This document shows, one piece after another, positions 58,568 to 64,000 of a DNA stretch of 64,000 bases. The DNA is from a virus. The notes under the pieces are model-generated. The model was not told where the DNA came from, did no database searches, and saw nothing but the letters and a program-made list of their open reading frames with translations. Location: the IMG/VR virus record IMGVR_UViG_3300009161_000003, positions 1-64,000 of that record, one strand, 5' to 3'. The position numbers and the translations under genes are program-made. Every line of letters starts with the position of its first letter. Position 1 is the stretch's first letter.

Positions 58568-60355
58568 CTATAATAAATTAAACTTTCCTAAAAACTCTTC
58601 AACATCTTTTGGCATCTGCATATTACGCTTCTCTTCTCTTTCTTGAAACTCCTGCCGATTTCTTTCTTTTGCAGCACTGCCCCAAGTGTGTACATCAATT
58701 TCTAAGTTTAAATCTTTTTGTGTGTGTGCAATTGCTCCATAGACTGCACCACAAACAGCATCTGCTAAATCTTTAGATAACTTACGTGGGTGGTCCACTC
58801 TGTTACCTTTCATAATTTTTAACTCAGAAAGTTCCTGAAGCAATAAATCAATTTGTGGCATTGCAATTCTTTCTTCATAAACCATCATTGCTAAATCTTC
58901 ATAATGTTTTTTAGCAACTGAAACTGTATCTGTATTTATTCCAACAGCCTTAAGTTCATTTTGAATATCAAATGATTGCCATCTATCAAAGGATACAATA
59001 CCAATGTTAAATCCTTGCCTTCTTAGGTTAATAATCCATTGTTTTACTTCAGATAAGTTTACTGGCCCCTCAATTTTTGGCTCCCACCATGCAACGGCAT
59101 CTACAACAACAACTGGTGCAACCTGTTCATAGTCTTTAATAACTTGAATGTTAACCCATTTGTCAACGTGTGCAATAGCAACAGCACACTTATCATGCTT
59201 CTGTGCAAGGTCTGCGTGTATATAATATGTTTTGTCTGGATCTGGTTTAAAAGATTCATCAAACCTTCTATTAGAATCTAGTGGATTTCTTAGCGTCATA
59301 CACTTAACTAACTTATCTTTTTGTTTAAAGAATGCGTCTGATGAAAATGTTGGGATACATGCAAAGCGCATCATTGCATCACCCAAGTCTGTATAGAATG
59401 CATGTTTAAAATCTTCAATACTTCTTGTTGGGTTTACTTCCCATGTTGGTCTTTTTAATGCTAAGATTCCAGGAAACTTATATGAAATAATATAATCTTC
59501 ATCCCAGGAAATTTCAAATGAGTTGTCTGGAGTATCTCCTAGTTCTGGATTTAAAATAAACTTATGGGTTCTTTCAACAACTTCTTTTTCAGCAATTACA
59601 CTGTCATATTTTTCAGAGATAAAGTCTCCTGGATATCTAGGAAATGAAAGCAATACAACTTTTCCAAGATCTGGGAAACGAGAATCGACTGATCCACGAA
59701 ACGCTTTATAAATATTTTCTGCAGTTTTACCTTGTTCATTACCAGTTCCAACTTCAGATGCAAAACCAGAAATCTCATCAAGAACTGCAAGCAATAGGTT
59801 TAAACCTTCATGTGATTCTCTTTCTGAGTGTCCAGAATAAACAGTTATCGATTGATCAAATTCAATAGAGTCTGCTTTTGCATTATACTTTCCCGCAAAC
59901 CAAGGAGATTTTTCAATTTTATTTTTAAATCCTTTAAAAAAAACGTTCTTTGCTTGTTGAGCATTTATAGCAACGTTAATTAAATCTATTGCGTCTCCGC
60001 TTGGTTTTCCGAAGTATCTTGCCGGGTCTTTAAGACATAGTAACTTATAAACAATATAGGCACAAGCCACAGTCGAAGTAAAGTCCTTGCCACTACCCTT
60101 CCCAAGTTGTAAAATAATTTCGTTTTTAGTAAATTTTTCATAATATTTTTTACCTTCCACTGTTCCCATTATTTTTTCTAAATCTTCTTTTTTATAAATC
60201 TGACTCATTGCTTCAACAATTTCATATTGTATTTTTGACAATGGCGGTTGGCCTAAATAGTTTGGAGACTCAATAAATGTTTTTGCATCTACTGGAACCT
60301 CTAAAAAATTATTGTCTTCAAGTACTTCTAGAAACTCATTGAACATCGTGGACAA
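58568..60355 (-). CDS. terL: Terminase large subunit
   Basis: GKGSGKD Walker A, VLDE Walker B, HADLA...D...KDLADA nuclease. Confidence 0.92.
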   Translation of the reverse strand: MSTMFNEFLEVLEDNNFLEVPVDAKTFIESPNYLGQPPLSKIQYEIVEAMSQIYKKEDLEKIMGTVEGKKYYEKFTKNEIILQLGKGSGKDFTSTVACAYIVYKLLCLKDPARYFGKPSGDAIDLINVAINAQQAKNVFFKGFKNKIEKSPWFAGKYNAKADSIEFDQSITVYSGHSERESHEGLNLLLAVLDEISGFASEVGTGNEQGKTAENIYKAFRGSVDSRFPDLGKVVLLSFPRYPGDFISEKYDSVIAEKEVVERTHKFILNPELGDTPDNSFEISWDEDYIISYKFPGILALKRPTWEVNPTRSIEDFKHAFYTDLGDAMMRFACIPTFSSDAFFKQKDKLVKCMTLRNPLDSNRRFDESFKPDPDKTYYIHADLAQKHDKCAVAIAHVDKWVNIQVIKDYEQVAPVVVVDAVAWWEPKIEGPVNLSEVKQWIINLRRQGFNIGIVSFDRWQSFDIQNELKAVGINTDTVSVAKKHYEDLAMMVYEERIAMPQIDLLLQELSELKIMKGNRVDHPRKLSKDLADAVCGAVYGAIAHTQKDLNLEIDVHTWGSAAKERNRQEFQEREEKRNMQMPKDVEEFLGKFNLL

Positions 60356-60872
60356 TTGTTATTACCTCATTTGCCTTAGCGATAGATGATAATCTTTTCA
60401 TAATTTCATCTCTTACCTGTGGATATTCAGAAGCAATATCACGCAAGATTTCAATTAATACTTCTTGCTTTTGTTCAACCTCTAAGATCTCTTCTGCTAG
60501 TTCTTTATTTTCTAGCAGCCCTGCTTTTTGTAGCATATCAATTCTTTTTGATTCAATGTCTAATACTAATTTAATTGCATTAGTCTTTGCTCCAAGATTA
60601 TTATTTAATCCAGCCTCATCAATAACCTCGTAGGCTTTAGAAATTAACTTACCATAGTGTTGGTCTGCTGCTGCTAATGCTTCTTTTGCTCTACCTCGAA
60701 TTGCATCGTTAGCAGAAGCCATAACTTTCCACTCATTTATAAGTGCAACAACTCTAACTCTAGGCATACTTAAATCTTTTGAAATCTTGGTTGGGTCACT
60801 ACCCTTTAAATATTCTTCTACTACTTTATTTATTTGATCTAAGTGTTCAATAAGTTCAACTTCAGTTGACAT
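60336..60872 (-). CDS. HTH/helical protein, candidate terminase small subunit
   Basis: N-terminal HTH; directly upstream of terL. Confidence 0.55.
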   Translation of the reverse strand: MSTEVELIEHLDQINKVVEEYLKGSDPTKISKDLSMPRVRVVALINEWKVMASANDAIRGRAKEALAAADQHYGKLISKAYEVIDEAGLNNNLGAKTNAIKLVLDIESKRIDMLQKAGLLENKELAEEILEVEQKQEVLIEILRDIASEYPQVRDEIMKRLSSIAKANEVITIVHDVQ

Positions 60873-61107
60873 GATTTATTCCTTCAATTCTATAGATTTC
60901 ATCTTGAATATAAAAAATTGCTTTCTTTAAATCTTCAACATGTTTCTCTTCGTTTTTTAATCCTGCTCTCCAAAGATACTTAATAGCATTGCCTATATTA
61001 AAATTTCTATGTCTAGTTATTTCTAAGCACTCAACGCCAGATGGATCGCTAGTATAATGTTCTGGATGGCTAACTTGATCAACCGTAATTTTTAAATGAT
61101 CGCTCAT
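60862..61107 (-). CDS. DUF3310-family protein
   Basis: V.HP.HY...GNAIKYLWRAG.K...EDLKKA..Y. Confidence 0.9.
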   Translation of the reverse strand: MSDHLKITVDQVSHPEHYTSDPSGVECLEITRHRNFNIGNAIKYLWRAGLKNEEKHVEDLKKAIFYIQDEIYRIEGINHVN

Positions 61108-61259
61108 CGCTTAGACTTCCTTAATCCAAATTTTGCAAGGTAAACGTAAACAGTCTCTACTGTACATCCACACTCCTTAGCAATCTCCTCTGGAGTCTTT
61201 TTATCCATAACATATCGTTTACGCATAAAGACTTCTGATGTATACAGTTTAGCAGCCAT
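61104..61259 (-). CDS. Small HTH protein
   Basis: TPEEIAKECGCTVETVYVYL. Confidence 0.7.
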   Translation of the reverse strand: MAAKLYTSEVFMRKRYVMDKKTPEEIAKECGCTVETVYVYLAKFGLRKSKR

Positions 61260-61263
61260 ATCG

Positions 61264-61908
61264 TTATTTGTCAACTTCTGTCTCAAGGATATCATAGTTG
61301 TATGCGTTTGAGTCTTCAAGCGTCCATTTATCATAACTTTCAACATCCCATTTATTTGTATTAATAAGTCTTTGTATTACTAGATCTTTTTTTGTTACAA
61401 AAGATGGTTCTTTTAACCTTACCCTGTTATTTGGCTGTATTGCAAAGTTTCCATCATCTCTTTGAATTACATGCCCACACTTGTGCTGTCCTGGATTTTC
61501 AGAGTATCCATCATCAAGTATGTTACTTTCTGGACTATGCCAATCAAGTGTAAATAAATATTTTCCAGGAACATTTGTTTTATTTCTATCAAGATATGAA
61601 ATTCTCATGTTACTTAAATTTTCAAATTTTGTAACTGAAATATATGGACTAAAAGAATTCCATAAAACTAAATTATGAATTGGCTCTTCTGGAACATTTG
61701 GTTTTGTACAAAAAGCATTAATTGGCATTCTCCACCACATTCCACCATCTTCCATTAATAAATGAAATAGTGGACTTCTTCCCTTAACAGTTGCAACTCC
61801 AAATATAACACATGGAAAATATTGATCATGACTGTCTTCTTGATCTCTTAAAAAATTTCCACGAACATAACATTCTATTGGTGGTATGTTTGCATTTAAC
61901 TCTGGCAT
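61264..61908 (-). CDS. Conserved hypothetical phage protein
   Basis: LNANIPP...YLFTLDW...HKCGH...QPNNR. Confidence 0.7.
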   Translation of the reverse strand: MPELNANIPPIECYVRGNFLRDQEDSHDQYFPCVIFGVATVKGRSPLFHLLMEDGGMWWRMPINAFCTKPNVPEEPIHNLVLWNSFSPYISVTKFENLSNMRISYLDRNKTNVPGKYLFTLDWHSPESNILDDGYSENPGQHKCGHVIQRDDGNFAIQPNNRVRLKEPSFVTKKDLVIQRLINTNKWDVESYDKWTLEDSNAYNYDILETEVDK

Positions 61909-62498
61909 TACTTGTCAACTCCCATTGCTTTATCCCAGTTTTTTATAGCCCAATGCCCAATACCACAAGCATCTGCTACATCATTGTCAGTTATAGATCT
62001 ATCATACTGCATATTAATAAACCTTATTGTTCTTTCTTTGCGTAAATTTCTTTCATAGGTTTTATACCAAGACTCTGACTTTCCAGGATTTGCTGATCGT
62101 ATAGCAAACTTTTCATCCTTGTCAATTTTTTTATTACCAATAAAGTTTTGCCAAGTTATTGGAGAAACTGTTCCTATAACTTTTGTGCCAGTTAGTCCTG
62201 CTGCCCCTAACAAGGCTCCTTGAACAAGCGCTAAGTCTGCAGCAACCTTTGGACTATTCATGAATACAGTATGTTCAATAACTATTGCTTCAAACCCTCC
62301 GTAATGATCTAAGAATGATTTAGTCTTATTACATGCATCCATAACCTTTTCATAATTTGTTTTACCTTCAAAATTAATCTTACCAACTGTTCCAAGAACA
62401 TTATCATTAAATACAGCAAAGGCAAGGCTGTTTGTACTAGCATCAATGGCACATATTGTTTTTGGCTTAATAGCAAAGCCCCACTTATTCTTGTTCAT
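61908..62498 (-). CDS. RuvC-like Holliday junction resolvase
   Basis: AIDAS, VIE, DVADA. Confidence 0.8.
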   Translation of the reverse strand: MNKNKWGFAIKPKTICAIDASTNSLAFAVFNDNVLGTVGKINFEGKTNYEKVMDACNKTKSFLDHYGGFEAIVIEHTVFMNSPKVAADLALVQGALLGAAGLTGTKVIGTVSPITWQNFIGNKKIDKDEKFAIRSANPGKSESWYKTYERNLRKERTIRFINMQYDRSITDNDVADACGIGHWAIKNWDKAMGVDK

Positions 62499-62775
62499 AT
62501 TGCATATAACCTTTAATTTGATTAAGCATTCTATGTAATTCTTTTGGATCTACCGTGCAATTTGGACAATAGTTAACGTCGTTGTACATTGAAAGGGTAG
62601 TTCCACAACCTCTGGCACATTTTCTATCTTTGCCAATTCTTTTTTTTCTTTTATTTAATGCCTGCTTGTTAGCAATTTTTACTTTTGTTGCTTCATTTCT
62701 ACAAGTTGGACTACAGTAAATTTGATAACTTACTGTAGCATCAAACATATTCTCGCACCAACTACACGGCTTCAC
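62485..62775 (-). CDS. Zn-binding protein
   Basis: CSWC...YCS..C...C..GC...CPNC. Confidence 0.7.
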   Translation of the reverse strand: MKPCSWCENMFDATVSYQIYCSPTCRNEATKVKIANKQALNKRKKRIGKDRKCARGCGTTLSMYNDVNYCPNCTVDPKELHRMLNQIKGYMQYEQE

Positions 62776-63577
62776 TTAGACCCTCTAGTGGAGCAATTTT
62801 AATTACTCCTGGTCCTGCATCAGCGCAGGCCTTTTGGACTGGACAAGCCTTACAAATTTTTGAATTTGCACGATAGTTTTTATTAGGAAGAGTTCTATCT
62901 TCCCAGGCCTTGCGTACTTCCCTTAGCCAGTTAAATGTATTGTCTATCCATTGTCTATAATGGTCATTGACGCTTATTGGAATTGCAAGAAGTTCATGGC
63001 TATTTTTATTTTCATATAATAAAACTCCATCTTTCTTCTTAAGAATTTTCATATACAGCAATATCTGAATAATGTGACCTTTTTTAGCCTTATTCATTCT
63101 TTTATAATACTGAAATGCTTCTTCTCCGCATGTTTTAATTTCTAACACAACTTCTTCATCATTAATAACTAAAATACCATCTCCATATCCAAAGATTGGA
63201 GGATCTTGGTTACTAATTTTAAATTCAGTTGTTGGCTTGCCAGTCTTTTCATCAGTAAATACTTTTGCTATTCCAGAATTAAGAATTGCGTCTTGAATTC
63301 TTCCATGAGATAACGTACCATTGCCCATATTTGCAGCAGAGAATGGAGTAGTCAAGTCATCAAACTCGTTGCCATCAAAGGCTAAGTACCAATATCTAGC
63401 ACACTCACCAAACCCATAAGCAATTGTTGATGGAGCAAATGTTTTCTTTTGAACAAACTTTTTGTCACGACCTACAAGATAGCCTTTTTCAATAGCCTCA
63501 ACTAAAGATTTAGTATCTATGTGACTTTCTGCCTTTGTTTGTTTTACCATTACTTGTTGTAGTAAACTTTTAGTCAT
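62762..63577 (-). CDS. Cas4-like / PD-(D/E)XK exonuclease
   Basis: C.R, G...H, DG..EIKT, Q...Y, C..CP...C. Confidence 0.85.
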   Translation of the reverse strand: MTKSLLQQVMVKQTKAESHIDTKSLVEAIEKGYLVGRDKKFVQKKTFAPSTIAYGFGECARYWYLAFDGNEFDDLTTPFSAANMGNGTLSHGRIQDAILNSGIAKVFTDEKTGKPTTEFKISNQDPPIFGYGDGILVINDEEVVLEIKTCGEEAFQYYKRMNKAKKGHIIQILLYMKILKKKDGVLLYENKNSHELLAIPISVNDHYRQWIDNTFNWLREVRKAWEDRTLPNKNYRANSKICKACPVQKACADAGPGVIKIAPLEGLSEAV

Positions 63578-63605
63578 TATATTCCTTTGTTTAGACAAGT
63601 ATACA

Positions 63606-63911
63606 CTATCTGGTGATATATTTCAGTGCTGACACTAAATTGTTTACTGCTTCTGCTGCAGTATAATAAATGTTTTTCTTTCCCCTGTTACTTTTATCAA
63701 CATTTGCCATCCAGGTTGCTTTCAATGCCAACTTAGCAGCAATAGCCTGAAGTCTAACAATTTCTAAAGTTGCAACTTGAATAGGAATGTCTGGTTTAAT
63801 AATAAGTTTAGCAATCATAGTCAGTGCAGTTGTAAGATCTTCATCTTGCATGTACTCTGCTATGTCTGATAGATCATTAAGTTGTTCTAGTGTTGTATTG
63901 TTTTGTTCCAA
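63606..63911 (-). CDS. Hypothetical protein
   Basis: ORF track. Confidence 0.6.
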   Translation of the reverse strand: MEQNNTTLEQLNDLSDIAEYMQDEDLTTALTMIAKLIIKPDIPIQVATLEIVRLQAIAAKLALKATWMANVDKSNRGKKNIYYTAAEAVNNLVSALKYITR

Positions 63912-64000
63912 AGTTTAACTACTTTCTATTTATTTTAACAATGAGTCTTTTTTGTAATATTCTTCTTGATATCTTAAAAAGTTTTTATTTTTAACCCAAG

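Noticed and set aside
19-59868. Many ORF-track entries antisense to or overlapping longer genes (e.g. 19-402, 4971-5207, 42293-42775, 49828-50262, 53001-54566, 55877-56752, 57242-57640)
   Set aside because: Shadow frames of real genes with biased or repetitive codons; no motifs or initiation signals
62762-63598. Cas4-like gene as evidence of a CRISPR-Cas system
   Set aside because: No cas1, cas2 or array; stand-alone Cas4-like nucleases beside RuvC-like genes are common in phages
1-64000. Stop-codon reassignment
   Set aside because: Conserved genes (terL, pstS, carbamoyltransferase, halogenase) are full length in the standard code and no suppressor tRNA was seen

Overview
This is a 64-kb AT-rich segment of a large tailed dsDNA phage. 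WhiB, MSMEG_6728-type and actinobacterial Zn-ribbon genes, host-like surface proteins and widespread leaderless promoters point to an actinobacterial host, probably from freshwater (inference). Layout: 1-7.5 kb, minus-strand virion and tail-fibre genes plus a lytic transglycosylase. 9.8-19.7 kb, an early-type region of small genes punctuated by repeated non-coding elements, with tRNA-Asp. 20-34 kb, an auxiliary and tailoring block (methyltransferase, flavin halogenase, many 2OG-Fe(II) oxygenases, an LLM fusion, PstS, thioredoxin, carbamoyltransferase). 36-41 kb, a glycosyltransferase operon. 41-64 kb, mostly minus strand (holin-like, WhiB, CHAP lysin, more oxygenases, tRNA-Thr, Ntn protease, PA14 and Ig-like surface proteins, Hsp20, terminase, RuvC-like, Cas4-like nuclease). 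The most striking signals are non-coding. (i) A five-copy, covarying ~30-nt H-type RNA pseudoknot at gene 3' ends. (ii) A repeated early-promoter cassette of GCCCNNGGGC, a CRP-type palindrome and a TGTCCGWWTTGTMC box. (iii) An oriC-like locus with DnaA boxes, MraZ-type repeats, an OmpR-type repeat and iterons. All family assignments come from visual motif recognition, not database searches.
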